A DNA stretch of 64,000 nucleotides, from positions 1,378 to 65,377 of the forward strand of contig JAXEJU010000045.1 in the NCBI GenBank assembly GCA_034101395.1. Direction: 5' to 3'. The translations under genes and the position numbers were made by a program. This DNA comes from Eubacterium sp. GTDB lineage: Bacteria; Bacillota; Clostridia; Lachnospirales; Lachnospiraceae. Positions 29,678 to 40,806 of the stretch are shown here, piece after piece. A model generated the notes under the pieces. That model made no database searches. It was given only the letters and a program-made list of their open reading frames with translations, and had not been told where the DNA came from. The stretch's first letter is position 1; the number at the start of each line of letters is the position of its first letter.

Positions 29678-30832
29678 ATGAGGGAATACAGCGATGTGGT
29701 AATTGTGGGGGCAGGTGCCTCGGGGCTTCTGTGCGGAGGTCTTTTAGCCTCCCACGGAATCCATGTATCTATTCTTGAAAAAAACAGCAGGACAGGAAGA
29801 AAACTTACGGCAACCGGAAACGGAAGATGTAATTTTACGAATCGAGATCTGCAGACAGACAAATATTATGGAGATGAAAAATGGCTGGAGCAGTTTCTGG
29901 AAGGATTTGGAGCCGGGGATATCATTCGGCAGTTTGAAAAAATAGGAATCTTTCATCGGGAAAAGGACGGCTATATATATCCATATACAAACCAGGCGGT
30001 AACTGTTGTTGATGCATTGGACCGGTTTTGCCGTAAAAATGGTGTTGAAATTGTATTGGATTGTAAGGCTTCTGCTATACAGAAAAGTACGGATGATAAA
30101 GGATACTGCGTGCGAACACCAGAGGGCAAAATTCGCTGCCGTTATGTGATACTCGCGACAGGCGGAAAGGCTTATGAAGAGCTTGGCGGGGATGGGAGCG
30201 GTTACAAACTGGTGAGGAGTCTGGGACATCAGGTACATAGTATTGCTCCCGGACTGACAGGTCTTATCTGTTCCGGAAACTGGTGGAAACAAGTCGCAGG
30301 GACAAGGGTACAGGGGAGATTTTCCCTGCTTATAAACCATCGTCCGGTGGTGGGTGAATGTGGAGAAATACAGATTACAAAAGACGGTGTGTCGGGAATT
30401 CCGGTATTTCAGTTATGTCGTGTGGCTGCGTACGCATTGGCAGAAGGTCAGTTAGTGGAAGGACTGATTGATTTTGTTCCTACGATGGGAGAAGAGCAAT
30501 TACGCGATTGGATTGTACAGTATGGAATTGATGGACTGCTGCCGAAGAAATGGTCTGATTTTTTTCGCGGACGGGCAGAGATGGAGAAAAACATAAAGGC
30601 GTTCCGGTTTCCGGTAACGTCAACATTTGGCATTGCGCGGGCACAGGTTACAGCCGGAGGAGTGCCGACGGATGAACTGAGTTCTCTGACGATGGAATCA
30701 CATTTGCAGCCCGGTCTTTTTGTCCTGGGGGAGCTTATTGATGTGGATGGAAAATGTGGCGGGTATAATCTTCATTTTGCATGGACATGTGCCTGCCGTG
30801 CCTGTGCGGAAATAGTAAGAAGAGAGAAATGA
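29678..30832 (+). CDS. HI0933/BaiN family flavoprotein
   Basis: GAGASG, TGNGRCNFTN, ATGG, VTAGGV, DGKCGGYNL. Confidence 0.92.
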   Translation: MREYSDVVIVGAGASGLLCGGLLASHGIHVSILEKNSRTGRKLTATGNGRCNFTNRDLQTDKYYGDEKWLEQFLEGFGAGDIIRQFEKIGIFHREKDGYIYPYTNQAVTVVDALDRFCRKNGVEIVLDCKASAIQKSTDDKGYCVRTPEGKIRCRYVILATGGKAYEELGGDGSGYKLVRSLGHQVHSIAPGLTGLICSGNWWKQVAGTRVQGRFSLLINHRPVVGECGEIQITKDGVSGIPVFQLCRVAAYALAEGQLVEGLIDFVPTMGEEQLRDWIVQYGIDGLLPKKWSDFFRGRAEMEKNIKAFRFPVTSTFGIARAQVTAGGVPTDELSSLTMESHLQPGLFVLGELIDVDGKCGGYNLHFAWTCACRACAEIVRREK

Positions 30833-30839
30833 GGAACGT

Positions 30840-32450
30840 ATGTTACAGTTATCACAGTGTAAAATTCATTATAAAAAGAATACACGCAGTCATCTGATAA
30901 AAAAGGTGGCAAGAGCTTTACATATAAAGCCGGAGGAAATATCGAACCTGAAAATCTGTAAACGAAATATTGATGCGAGAAAAAAACCGGAAATTTACTA
31001 TAGTTATACCGTTTCCTTTGAAGTAAAAAACGAGCAGCTTGTGTTGCAGAAAAATAAAGGGAACCGGAATCTTGTGGTGTATCGTGGGGAACCGGATCTG
31101 CAAAAGCAGATAACGGCTGCTCCACAAAGGGAAAAAATCATTGTTGTCGGAGCAGGACCGGCGGGACTGTTTGCTGCGTATTATCTCAGTCTGTGCGGTC
31201 AGAAGCCCCTGGTGGTCGAGAGAGGGGCAGAAATGGAAGAGCGGATTGAAGAGGTGGAAAAATTCTGGAAAGAAATGACTTTAGAACCGGAATCGAATGT
31301 TTCTTTCGGTGAAGGTGGTGCCGGAACTTTTTCTGACGGAAAATTAAATACCGGTGTCAAAGATAAAACCGGAAAGAAACGTTTTGTGCTGGAAAGTTTT
31401 GTTCGTTTTGGAGCGGGAGAAGATATTTTGTATGATACGAATCCCCACATAGGGACCGATGTGTTGAGAAAAGTTATCATAAATATGCGAAAGGAAATGG
31501 AACAGCTTGGCTGTCGGTTTTTGTTCCGTACAAAGGTGACAGGTCTTTTGACAGATGAAACCTGTATTTTGCATGGCGTACAGGTGAGCCGGGGGAATAA
31601 GACGGAAACCATGGCATGTGACCGGTTGATTCTCGCCATTGGGCACAGTGCAAGGGATACGTTTGATATGCTTTGTGAAAATGGTGTGGAAATGTCCCCG
31701 AAAGCATTTGCGGTCGGAGTGCGTGTACAGCATAATCAGGACGATATCAACCGCATGCAGTACGGCATAGCAGATAATGAACTGCCGCCTGCTCCTTATA
31801 AATGTACCGGAAAAACAAAAGATGGCAGAGGGGTATATTCGTTTTGTATGTGCCCGGGCGGATATGTTGTAAATGCATCCACCGAAAAGGGTGGACTTGT
31901 CGTAAATGGAATGAGCAATGTGGCGAGAGATTCCGGTGCGGCTAACAGTGCGATTGTAGTGACGATTGAACCGGAGGATTTTGAAGGGGATAATCCGCTT
32001 GCAGGAGTCAGATTCCAACGAAAATGGGAACAGAAAGTGTACGGTCTTTTACAGGGAAAGATTCCGGTGCAGCGTTACGGAGATTTTAAAAACGATGTTT
32101 TGACGACTTCATGCGGATGTGTAAAACCATGTGTAAAAGGGCAGTGGGGGTATGCAAATCTTCGGAAAGCATTGCCAAAATTCGTAATAAATGGTATGAT
32201 AGACGGAATGGAGTGCTTTGATAAAAAACTGTCAGGGTTTGCGGATGATGATGCACTTCTGATGGGATTTGAGGCACGCACATCCTCTCCGGTACGGATA
32301 GAAAGGGGAACTGATTTTGTCAGTAAGTCACATGATGGGCTTTATCCATGTGGCGAGGGTGCCGGATATGCAGGTGGCATTATGTCTGCAGCGATGGATG
32401 GTTTGCGAGTTGCAATGGCAATTCAGGAGAAATGGAGGAAAGAGGAATAA
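30840..32450 (+). CDS. FAD-dependent oxidoreductase (COG2509-type)
   Basis: GAGPAG, FGEGGAGTFSDGKL, FCMCPGG, GEGAGYAGGIMSAA. Confidence 0.9.
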   Translation: MLQLSQCKIHYKKNTRSHLIKKVARALHIKPEEISNLKICKRNIDARKKPEIYYSYTVSFEVKNEQLVLQKNKGNRNLVVYRGEPDLQKQITAAPQREKIIVVGAGPAGLFAAYYLSLCGQKPLVVERGAEMEERIEEVEKFWKEMTLEPESNVSFGEGGAGTFSDGKLNTGVKDKTGKKRFVLESFVRFGAGEDILYDTNPHIGTDVLRKVIINMRKEMEQLGCRFLFRTKVTGLLTDETCILHGVQVSRGNKTETMACDRLILAIGHSARDTFDMLCENGVEMSPKAFAVGVRVQHNQDDINRMQYGIADNELPPAPYKCTGKTKDGRGVYSFCMCPGGYVVNASTEKGGLVVNGMSNVARDSGAANSAIVVTIEPEDFEGDNPLAGVRFQRKWEQKVYGLLQGKIPVQRYGDFKNDVLTTSCGCVKPCVKGQWGYANLRKALPKFVINGMIDGMECFDKKLSGFADDDALLMGFEARTSSPVRIERGTDFVSKSHDGLYPCGEGAGYAGGIMSAAMDGLRVAMAIQEKWRKEE

Positions 32451-32451
32451 A

Positions 32452-33270
32452 GTGAAAGATAAAAAGAGGATTGTTTTTAAAATTGGAACATCAACCCTGA
32501 CCCATGCGGAAACAGGAGGGCTTGACTTTGTTAAAATGGAAAAATTTGTCCGTATTCTGACGGATTTACATAATCAGGGAAAAGAAATCGTGATTGTATC
32601 TTCCGGAGCCATCGGTGTGGGAAGAAAAGCGCTTGGACTGCAGGAGAGACCGACGGAACGTTCCTTAAAACAGGCATGTGCAGCAGTCGGTCAGATTCGT
32701 CTGATGACGGTTTATCAGAAACTGTTTTCAGAATATAACCAGAATACAGCACAGATTCTCATGACAAAAATCACGATAAAAAATGATACAAGCAGACACA
32801 ATGCGGAAAATACGTTTCGTGAACTTCTGGATCTGGGTGTAATTCCGATTGTTAATGAAAATGATACGGTAGCTACGGATGAGATAGATTTTGGTGATAA
32901 CGATTATCTGTCGGCGATAGTATCCGCGATTGTAAAGGCTGATTTGCTTGTACTTCTCAGTGATATTGACGGACTTTACACAGATGATCCCAATAAAAAT
33001 CCAGAGGCCAGGAGAATACCGTTTGTGGAGCACATTACGGATGAGATGCTATCCATGGCAAAAGGTCCGGTGACGGATCTCGGAACCGGAGGCATGAGTT
33101 CGAAAGTTGAGGCGGCCGGGATTGCCAATGATGCCGGAACGGATATGGCGATTATAAATGGCGAGGATATGGATAATATTACCCGCCTGATGGCAGGGGA
33201 AGATGTAGGAACCATATTTAAGGCGCACAAAACAAGACATTTTCACTTGAAAAATTATCTGGATCGCTAA
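32452..33270 (+). CDS. proB: Glutamate 5-kinase (no PUA domain)
   Basis: KIGTS, VSSGA, NENDTV, FGDND, GTGGM..K; GTG start. Confidence 0.95.
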   Translation: MKDKKRIVFKIGTSTLTHAETGGLDFVKMEKFVRILTDLHNQGKEIVIVSSGAIGVGRKALGLQERPTERSLKQACAAVGQIRLMTVYQKLFSEYNQNTAQILMTKITIKNDTSRHNAENTFRELLDLGVIPIVNENDTVATDEIDFGDNDYLSAIVSAIVKADLLVLLSDIDGLYTDDPNKNPEARRIPFVEHITDEMLSMAKGPVTDLGTGGMSSKVEAAGIANDAGTDMAIINGEDMDNITRLMAGEDVGTIFKAHKTRHFHLKNYLDR

Positions 33271-33295
33271 TCCGGTTGTCAGACAGGAGGTAAAA

Positions 33296-33505
33296 ATGGA
33301 TCAGAAAAAGATTGACAGAATCAATGAATTATATAAAAAACAAAAGGCGGGAACACTGACGCCTGAGGAAAAAGAAGAGCAGTCGGCGCTGCGGGCAGAG
33401 TACATTGCAGCAGTCCGGAATAATCTTCGCAATACGTTAGAGCATACTTCCATTCAGGAGCCGGATGGTACGATTCATAAACTGAAAAAAAGGACGACAC
33501 ACTGA
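33296..33505 (+). CDS. DUF896 / YnzC family protein
   Basis: IDRINEL..K.K...LT.EEKEEQ..LR.EYI. Confidence 0.9.
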   Translation: MDQKKIDRINELYKKQKAGTLTPEEKEEQSALRAEYIAAVRNNLRNTLEHTSIQEPDGTIHKLKKRTTH

Positions 33506-34074
33506 TGGAAAAAAAAGCGGCCAGAAGGCTGGCAATGCAAAAACGGGATGAAATACCGGATGCAGTGCGTATCCGGCTGGAAGAGAGTATATGTCACAAA
33601 ATCGTGGACTCACCATGGTATAAAAAGGCACAGGCTGTTCTTTCCTATGTTTCTTTTCGCTCAGAAGTATCAACAGAACAGATACATAAAAGAATTTTGG
33701 AAGATGGGAAAAAACTGTATCTTCCCAAAACCTGTCCCGAAACACGGGAAATCGTCTTTTACCAGGTAGAAGACCTGCACCGGCTTATTCCCGGGTATCA
33801 GGGGATTTTGGAGCCGGATGACTCTCTTGCCGCGTGGACAGGAGAAGAGTGTACACTAATGATTATGCCTGGAGTTGCCTTTGACAGTGCCGGCAGCCGA
33901 ATTGGCTACGGTGGCGGATATTATGACCGCTTTCTGGCACAGTATGCGGAGAACATTGCCCACAGTATGATGTTAGCCTTTGAAGTACAGCGTATTTCAC
34001 GGATTGATAATGAAATTTTTGACTGGTCACCGGATGAAGTTGTGACAGAATTGGAGGAAAAATGGAACAGATAA
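33505..34074 (+). CDS. 5-formyltetrahydrofolate cyclo-ligase
   Basis: [28 protein letters not shown]. Confidence 0.93.
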   Translation: MEKKAARRLAMQKRDEIPDAVRIRLEESICHKIVDSPWYKKAQAVLSYVSFRSEVSTEQIHKRILEDGKKLYLPKTCPETREIVFYQVEDLHRLIPGYQGILEPDDSLAAWTGEECTLMIMPGVAFDSAGSRIGYGGGYYDRFLAQYAENIAHSMMLAFEVQRISRIDNEIFDWSPDEVVTELEEKWNR

Positions 34075-35315
34075 GTTTGGAAGAGATTGGGAAACGGGCA
34101 AAACAGGCATCCAGAACGTTGAACCGGCTTGGTGTGTCCGAAAAAAACAGAGGGTTGTCAGCGGTAGCGGACGCATTGACTGCCAACAGTAAAAAACTTC
34201 TAACAGCCAATGCACTTGATGTGGAGAGGGCAAAAGAAGCGGGGATGAAAGAGTCTCTTATTGACCGGCTTACTTTGACCAAAGAGCGGATAGATAATAT
34301 GGCAGAAGGAATCCGTCAGATTGTAGCGCTGGCAGATCCGGTTGGGGAAGTAATTTCTATGAAAACAACACCACAGGGACTGCAGATTGGGCAAAAACGT
34401 GTTCCACTTGGTGTCATTGGTATCATTTATGAATCACGTCCGAATGTGACGGCAGATGCATTTGGCCTCTGTTTTAAAACCGGAAATGCCGTGATACTCC
34501 GGGGAGGAAAGGACGCGATAAGTTCCAATGAACAAATCGTGGATGTAATCAGGCAGGCACTGGAGGAGGCGGGACTTCCGGCAGACAGTATCCAGCTTCT
34601 GATGGATACTTCACATGAAACGGCAGAAAAATTTATGCGGTTAAATGAATACATAGATGTCCTGATACCGAGAGGTGGTGCAGGACTGATTCGCACAGTC
34701 GTGGAAAAAAGTACGGTACCGGTCATCGAAACCGGAACCGGTAACTGCCATGTGTATGTAGATAATTCTGCTGATATTGATATGGCGGTATCCATTATTG
34801 AAAATGCGAAAACACAGAGACTTGGTGTTTGTAATGCCTGTGAATCCCTTGTAATTCACAGTGGAATTGCAAAATCAGTGCTTCCGCGTATTTGTGAGGT
34901 ACTGGCTTCCCATCAGGTAGAAATCCGCGGAGATGAAAGAGCCAGAGAGATATGGCCGCAGATGAATACGGCGACCGTAGAAGACTATGGAACCGAATAT
35001 CTGGATGCGATTATTTCTGTCTGTCTTGTGGACAGCATAGATCAGGCAATTGACCATATTAACACATATAATACAGGACATTCAGAGACAATTGTGACAT
35101 CGGATTATGCGAATGCCATGAAGTTTCTCAATGAGATTGATGCAGCAGCCGTATATGTAAATGCTTCGACACGGTTTACGGATGGTTTTGAGTTTGGCTT
35201 TGGGGCGGAAATCGGAATCAGTACCCAGAAGTTACATGCCAGAGGGCCAATGGGACTTCTGGCACTGACTACAACAAAGTATATCATACTTGGGAATGGT
35301 CAGATTCGAAAATAA
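34062..35315 (+). CDS. proA: Gamma-glutamyl phosphate reductase
   Basis: [32 protein letters not shown]. Confidence 0.97.
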   Translation: MEQISLEEIGKRAKQASRTLNRLGVSEKNRGLSAVADALTANSKKLLTANALDVERAKEAGMKESLIDRLTLTKERIDNMAEGIRQIVALADPVGEVISMKTTPQGLQIGQKRVPLGVIGIIYESRPNVTADAFGLCFKTGNAVILRGGKDAISSNEQIVDVIRQALEEAGLPADSIQLLMDTSHETAEKFMRLNEYIDVLIPRGGAGLIRTVVEKSTVPVIETGTGNCHVYVDNSADIDMAVSIIENAKTQRLGVCNACESLVIHSGIAKSVLPRICEVLASHQVEIRGDERAREIWPQMNTATVEDYGTEYLDAIISVCLVDSIDQAIDHINTYNTGHSETIVTSDYANAMKFLNEIDAAAVYVNASTRFTDGFEFGFGAEIGISTQKLHARGPMGLLALTTTKYIILGNGQIRK

Positions 35316-35332
35316 AAACAGAGGGGTGACTT

Positions 35333-36091
35333 ATGAAGAAAATCAGAGATGGTCTCCGAATGGTTTGCCTTTTTATACGTCTAGTATTCGAGATGATAAA
35401 AAATTATTCATCTTTGAATGATGATTTGAAAAATAATTTTTACATATGCAAAAAAATATGCCAGAAAGTTGTGCAGTCGGCAAAAATACAATTGACACTG
35501 TGCGGTCCGGAAAATTTGGGAAATGTGGAGCCATTTCTGCTTGTTTCTAATCATCGTTGTTTTTTTGATGTGGTATTTTTGCTGGCGGCTGTGGAAAAGC
35601 CCATCAGTTTTGTGGCGGCAAAAGAACTTTTTTCGTACCCAATTTTGCGAAAATATCTGGCATCGATTCGATGTGTCATGCTGGATCGTAGTACGAAACA
35701 ATTATCTAAGATTAAAGAGGATGTTGCAAATATGAAAGTGGCACTTGCCGGTGGAAACCTTGTTCTCTTCCCGGAAGGAGAATGCAGTTATTTTAGTAAA
35801 CAGATGAGAAAGTTCAAAAAGGGGGGCTTTGTGTGCGTTTCCGAACTGGGAGCATTTATTGTACCGGCATTTATTCAGATTCGGGAAATACATAATATTG
35901 GCCGCTGGATGATCCCACAAGGGGAGGTAACCGTTTATTTCGGAAAAGGTTTTTATCCGAACGAGATTGCTGACACAAGAATTTCCGGAGCGCGGCTGGC
36001 TACATATGCCCAGAAAAAAGTTGCAGAGTTGCAAGAGCGCGCAGAATCCGGGGATAAAAACTTTTTTTGTAAAAATTATACAAAAATGTAA
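35333..36091 (+). CDS. PlsC-like lysophospholipid acyltransferase
   Basis: NHRCFFD (HX4D), FVAAKEL, FPEG, FKKG. Confidence 0.82.
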   Translation: MKKIRDGLRMVCLFIRLVFEMIKNYSSLNDDLKNNFYICKKICQKVVQSAKIQLTLCGPENLGNVEPFLLVSNHRCFFDVVFLLAAVEKPISFVAAKELFSYPILRKYLASIRCVMLDRSTKQLSKIKEDVANMKVALAGGNLVLFPEGECSYFSKQMRKFKKGGFVCVSELGAFIVPAFIQIREIHNIGRWMIPQGEVTVYFGKGFYPNEIADTRISGARLATYAQKKVAELQERAESGDKNFFCKNYTKM

Positions 36092-36158
36092 AAATATGTG
36101 GAAAAAAATCATGAAAAGTGTTAGTATATTTATATCATGAATTTGGAGGGGGAAAGAC

Positions 36159-37877
36159 ATGAATAAAAACAAACCCAAAGTATCGATTAAAGTGAAAGTA
36201 CTGGTAGCGTCTCTGATTCCGTTGTTTTTGGTAACACTTGTGATTTCTTTGTATTCTCTGGATGCATTGCGAACAGGAATGCAGGACGAGGCATTATCGG
36301 GACTTCGCGAATTGTGCTACAGCGTCAGTACAGCATATGATGCCATTGCGGAAGGTGATTACCGCATGGACGGAGATAATTTGATAAAGGGTGAATATAA
36401 CATCACGGAAAACGAAGATCTTATTGATAACTTTACAAAAAATTCGGACTCAGATATCACGATTTTTTATGGTGACACAAGACGTGCAACTTCGCTGAAA
36501 GATTCCAAAACCGGTAAACGTATTCTTGGAACAAAAGCATCTGATGCGGTAATAGAAGCTACGCTGAAGAGTGGAGAGGAATTTACCGGCACGGATATTG
36601 AAATTAATGAGGCAAACTATTATGCGGTTTATGTTCCAATCAAGTCAGGTGATGGTTCTATTGTAGGTATGGTTTTTGCAGGCCAGCCAAGCCAGGAAAT
36701 TGATGCTGTCATCAATTCGCATATGAGAGGTATCTTTATACTTGCCATCATCTTTATTATTGTGGCTGCTGTTGTTGTGTTTTTCGTAGTGTCACGCATT
36801 GGCTCCGTAATCACAAAAACAAGTGACATGCTTCTTTATGTTTCGGAAGGAAATCTGACATTGCAGGTAGACAGTAAAATGCTGGCAAGAAAAGATGAAC
36901 TTGGTATTATGGTTTCTTCATTACAGAAGCTTGCCGAACAGATTAAATCAGTGGTTACCGATCTTAAGCAGTTGTCCGATGTGCTCTCAGAATCCGGTGT
37001 GGATCTGAAAGATTTCGCAAGCAGTACCAACAATGCCGCAGATGAAATCAGCCGTGCGGTTGAAGATATGTCCCAGGGTTCTGTTTCTCAGGCTGAGGAT
37101 GTGGAAAATGCTACCGTTCAGGTCGCAGAAATGGGCAACTCCATTGAAAATATTGTGGATGAAATAGAAAATTTGTACAGCAACTCTGAAAAAATGGAAA
37201 AATCCAAGAATGAGGCAGAGAAGATTGTCAATGAACTGGCAGCTTCCAGTGACCATACATACAATGCGGTAAAACGTATTGAAAAACAGGTTAAGCTGAC
37301 CGATGAATCCGTAACACAGATTCAGCAGGCGGTCGCTCTGATTACATCTATTGCGGAAGAGACAAATCTTCTTTCTCTGAATGCATCGATTGAGGCTGCA
37401 AGGGCAGGAGAGGCAGGAAAAGGTTTTGCCGTTGTTGCTTCCCAGATACAGAAGCTGGCAGAAGAGTCGAACAGTTCAGCAGCATCTATTGCAGATGTAA
37501 TCGAGAATCTGTCCTATGAGTCCAGAAATACGGTAGAAGCGATGAACAACATGCATGACATTATTATTGACCAGCAGCAGAAACTGGGAGATACAGAGAC
37601 AAAATTCAGTGAGGTAAGCGCGGGAATCCAGTCTTCCCTTGAACAGATTAACCAGATTCGTGATGGTTCCGAGGTTTGCGATCAAGCCCGTATTAAAGTT
37701 ACCGATATTATTCAGAATTTGTCAGCTATTTCAGAGCAGAATGCGGCTGCGACAGAACAGACTTCGGCTTCTATGCAGGAACTTAATTCTACAATGACGA
37801 TTCTGGCAGATAAGTCGGAACAGCTTGGCAATCTGGCAGTACAGATTAATAAAGATCTGGATTTCTTTAAAATTTGA
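36159..37877 (+). CDS. Methyl-accepting chemotaxis protein (Cache-type sensor)
   Basis: Two TM helices, HAMP (RKDELG), [24 protein letters not shown]. Confidence 0.95.
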   Translation: MNKNKPKVSIKVKVLVASLIPLFLVTLVISLYSLDALRTGMQDEALSGLRELCYSVSTAYDAIAEGDYRMDGDNLIKGEYNITENEDLIDNFTKNSDSDITIFYGDTRRATSLKDSKTGKRILGTKASDAVIEATLKSGEEFTGTDIEINEANYYAVYVPIKSGDGSIVGMVFAGQPSQEIDAVINSHMRGIFILAIIFIIVAAVVVFFVVSRIGSVITKTSDMLLYVSEGNLTLQVDSKMLARKDELGIMVSSLQKLAEQIKSVVTDLKQLSDVLSESGVDLKDFASSTNNAADEISRAVEDMSQGSVSQAEDVENATVQVAEMGNSIENIVDEIENLYSNSEKMEKSKNEAEKIVNELAASSDHTYNAVKRIEKQVKLTDESVTQIQQAVALITSIAEETNLLSLNASIEAARAGEAGKGFAVVASQIQKLAEESNSSAASIADVIENLSYESRNTVEAMNNMHDIIIDQQQKLGDTETKFSEVSAGIQSSLEQINQIRDGSEVCDQARIKVTDIIQNLSAISEQNAAATEQTSASMQELNSTMTILADKSEQLGNLAVQINKDLDFFKI

Positions 37878-38074
37878 TAGAGAGATAAATGATGCCAGAG
37901 GCAATATGGTTTTGAATATGGCAACATAAACAGACAAAACAACGATGAATCATTTATGACAGTGTTTGTGAAGGACATTGTTGTGAATGGTTTGTCGTTT
38001 TTTTGTGAACTCAAGTTAGTGCGGAGCACTCTGTTGACCACATGAATCTTTTGTAAATAATAATGGCAGCTACC

Positions 38075-38103
38075 TTGACATTTGTTGACAAAAAAATTAT
38101 AAT
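38075..38103 (+). promoter_or_regulatory. Consensus SigA promoter of alaS
   Basis: TTGACA-N17-TATAAT; a second TTGACA at 38085. Confidence 0.75.
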
Positions 38104-38139
38104 TAATTTATTATTGTATGCAATTTAGGAGGCAGTTGT

Positions 38140-40779
38140 ATGAAACCATACGGATTAAATGAGTTACGAAAAATGTATTTGGATTTTTTTGAGAGTAAAG
38201 AGCATCTGGTGATGCCAAGTTTTTCGCTTGTGCCTCAAAATGATAAAAGTCTGCTTTTGATAAATGCGGGTATGGCTCCTCTTAAGCCATATTTTACCGG
38301 ACAGGAAATACCACCGAAAAAACGTGTTACTACCTGTCAGAAATGTATTCGTACCGGCGATATTGAAAATGTGGGAAAGACAGCGCGGCATGGAACATTT
38401 TTTGAGATGCTCGGAAATTTTTCCTTTGGAGATTATTTTAAGCACGAAGCAATTGCCTGGTCATGGGAGTTTTTAACAAAGGTACTGGAGATTCCGGAGG
38501 ATCGTCTGTTTCCTTCCGTGTATGAAGAAGATGATGAGGCTTTTGATATATGGAACAAAGAAATTGGTGTTGCCAAAGAACGTATTTTCCGTTTTGGCAA
38601 AGAAGATAACTTTTGGGAGCACGGAGCAGGTCCGTGTGGTCCTTGCTCGGAAATCTATTTTGACCGCGGTGAGAAATATGGCTGTGGCAAACCGGGTTGC
38701 ACAGTTGGCTGTGAGTGCGACCGGTATATCGAGATTTGGAATAATGTATTTACCCAGTTTGAAAATGATGGAAATGGCAATTATGAAGAGCTGGCGAACA
38801 AAAATATTGATACGGGAATGGGACTGGAACGTCTGGCTACTGTCATGCAGGATGTAGACTCCATTTTTGATGTGGATACGATTAAGGCAATTCGTGATAA
38901 GGTTTGTCAGTTTGCAAATGCAACATACGGAGAGGAATACAAAAAAGATGTATCCATCCGCGTCATTACTGATCATATCCGTTCAGTTACCTTTATGGTG
39001 TCCGATGGTATTACGCCTTCTAATGAGGGACGTGGTTATGTACTCAGACGTCTGCTCAGACGTGCGGCACGTCACGGAAGACTTCTTGGCATTCAGGGAG
39101 AATTCTTGGCTGAATTAAGTAAAACCGTAATTTCGGAATCTCATACCGGATATCCGGAACTTGCAGACAGACAGGACTATATTCTCAAGCTGATTACGGT
39201 GGAAGAGCAGAACTTTAATAAAACGATAGATCAGGGACTTGCGATTCTTACAGAAATGATGGACGAGCTGGAGAAAACGAACCAAAAGGTGCTTTCCGGC
39301 GAGGATACGTTCAAATTATACGATACGTATGGTTTTCCAATGGATCTGACGATAGAAATACTGGAAGAAAAAGGGTTCTCGGTTGACGAAGAGGGATTCC
39401 ATAAAGCGATGGAAAACCAGCGGGAAACAGCGCGGGCTGCCCGTGAGACAACCAATTACATGGGAGCAGATGTGACCATATATCAGTCCATTGATGCGTC
39501 TGTGGAAAGTAAATTTGTTGGATATGACCGTCTCAGTCATGAATCCCGGGTTACAGTGCTTACAACGACTGATGCAATCGTGGATGAGCTTGTGGCAGGA
39601 CAGGAGGGAACCATTCTGGTAGAGGAAACCCCGTTTTATGCGACGATGGGTGGACAGGTTGCCGATAATGGTGTAATAGAAACAACCAGTGGTAAATTTG
39701 TTGTGGAAGACGTTATTAAACTGCAGGGAACGAAGATTGGTCATGTAGGTAGAATGACGGAAGGTATGATAAAAACCGGTGATAAGGTGGTTCTTACGGT
39801 AGATGAACACCGAAGAAATCTGACTGCAAATAACCACAGTGCAACGCATCTGATGCAGAAGGCGCTGCGTATGGTTTTGGGAAATCATGTAGAGCAGAAA
39901 GGTTCTCTTGTTGATAAAGATAAGCTTCGTTTTGACTTTACCCATTTTTCGCCGATGACAGAGGAAGAAATCGCAGAAGTAGAGAAGATTGTAAATAAGG
40001 AAATTCAGGAAGGACTTGATGTCCTAACAAAGGAGATGTCGCTCGATGAGGCAAAAAAGACAGGAGCGATGGCACTTTTTGGTGAGAAATACGGTGATGT
40101 GGTTCGCGTTGTCCAGATGGGAGATTTCAGCTCAGAGTTATGTGGTGGTACCCATGTAAATAACACCCGCAACATATCTGCTTTCAAAATTGTTTCGGAA
40201 AGTGGTGTGGCAGCCGGCGTGCGCAGGATTGAGGCATTGACCGGCGAAGGGCTTTTCGCTTATTTTAATACAGTTGAGAAAGAATTGCAGCATGCGGCAA
40301 AGCAGTTAAAAGTTGCACCGGCAGAAGTTGCTGACAAGATTGCGGCATTACAGGAAGAATTGAAAGTGATGCACAAAGAAAATGATAAGTTGAAAGCAAA
40401 GATTGCCAGAGAGGCAGCCGGTGATGTCACAAATGAGTCAGAAACGGTAAATGGAATTCAGATTCTTGCCAAACAGCTCAGCGACATTGATATGAATGGT
40501 ATGCGGGAACTTGGCGACGAGACAAAGAATAAACTGGGAGAGGCATTTCTTGTGTTCGCCTGTGAATCAAACGGAAAAGTTAATCTGATTGCGATGGCAA
40601 CTCAGGGAGCAATGGATAAAGGTGCCCATGCCGGTAACCTCATTCGGGAGATTGCAGCTGTTGTTGGCGGCGGCGGTGGTGGTCGTCCGAATATGGCGCA
40701 GGCTGGTGGGAAAAATCCGGCAGCAATTCCGGAGGCACTTAAAAAAGCGGTTGATGTTATGAAACAACAGCTTCAATAA
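38140..40779 (+). CDS. alaS: Alanine--tRNA ligase
   Basis: NAGM, HGTFFEMLGNFSFGDYFK, HSATH/ELCGGTH editing domain, GGGGRPNMAQAGG. Confidence 0.99.
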   Translation: MKPYGLNELRKMYLDFFESKEHLVMPSFSLVPQNDKSLLLINAGMAPLKPYFTGQEIPPKKRVTTCQKCIRTGDIENVGKTARHGTFFEMLGNFSFGDYFKHEAIAWSWEFLTKVLEIPEDRLFPSVYEEDDEAFDIWNKEIGVAKERIFRFGKEDNFWEHGAGPCGPCSEIYFDRGEKYGCGKPGCTVGCECDRYIEIWNNVFTQFENDGNGNYEELANKNIDTGMGLERLATVMQDVDSIFDVDTIKAIRDKVCQFANATYGEEYKKDVSIRVITDHIRSVTFMVSDGITPSNEGRGYVLRRLLRRAARHGRLLGIQGEFLAELSKTVISESHTGYPELADRQDYILKLITVEEQNFNKTIDQGLAILTEMMDELEKTNQKVLSGEDTFKLYDTYGFPMDLTIEILEEKGFSVDEEGFHKAMENQRETARAARETTNYMGADVTIYQSIDASVESKFVGYDRLSHESRVTVLTTTDAIVDELVAGQEGTILVEETPFYATMGGQVADNGVIETTSGKFVVEDVIKLQGTKIGHVGRMTEGMIKTGDKVVLTVDEHRRNLTANNHSATHLMQKALRMVLGNHVEQKGSLVDKDKLRFDFTHFSPMTEEEIAEVEKIVNKEIQEGLDVLTKEMSLDEAKKTGAMALFGEKYGDVVRVVQMGDFSSELCGGTHVNNTRNISAFKIVSESGVAAGVRRIEALTGEGLFAYFNTVEKELQHAAKQLKVAPAEVADKIAALQEELKVMHKENDKLKAKIAREAAGDVTNESETVNGIQILAKQLSDIDMNGMRELGDETKNKLGEAFLVFACESNGKVNLIAMATQGAMDKGAHAGNLIREIAAVVGGGGGGRPNMAQAGGKNPAAIPEALKKAVDVMKQQLQ

Positions 40780-40806
40780 ATCATACTACAGATGGAGGGT
40801 TAAGTT

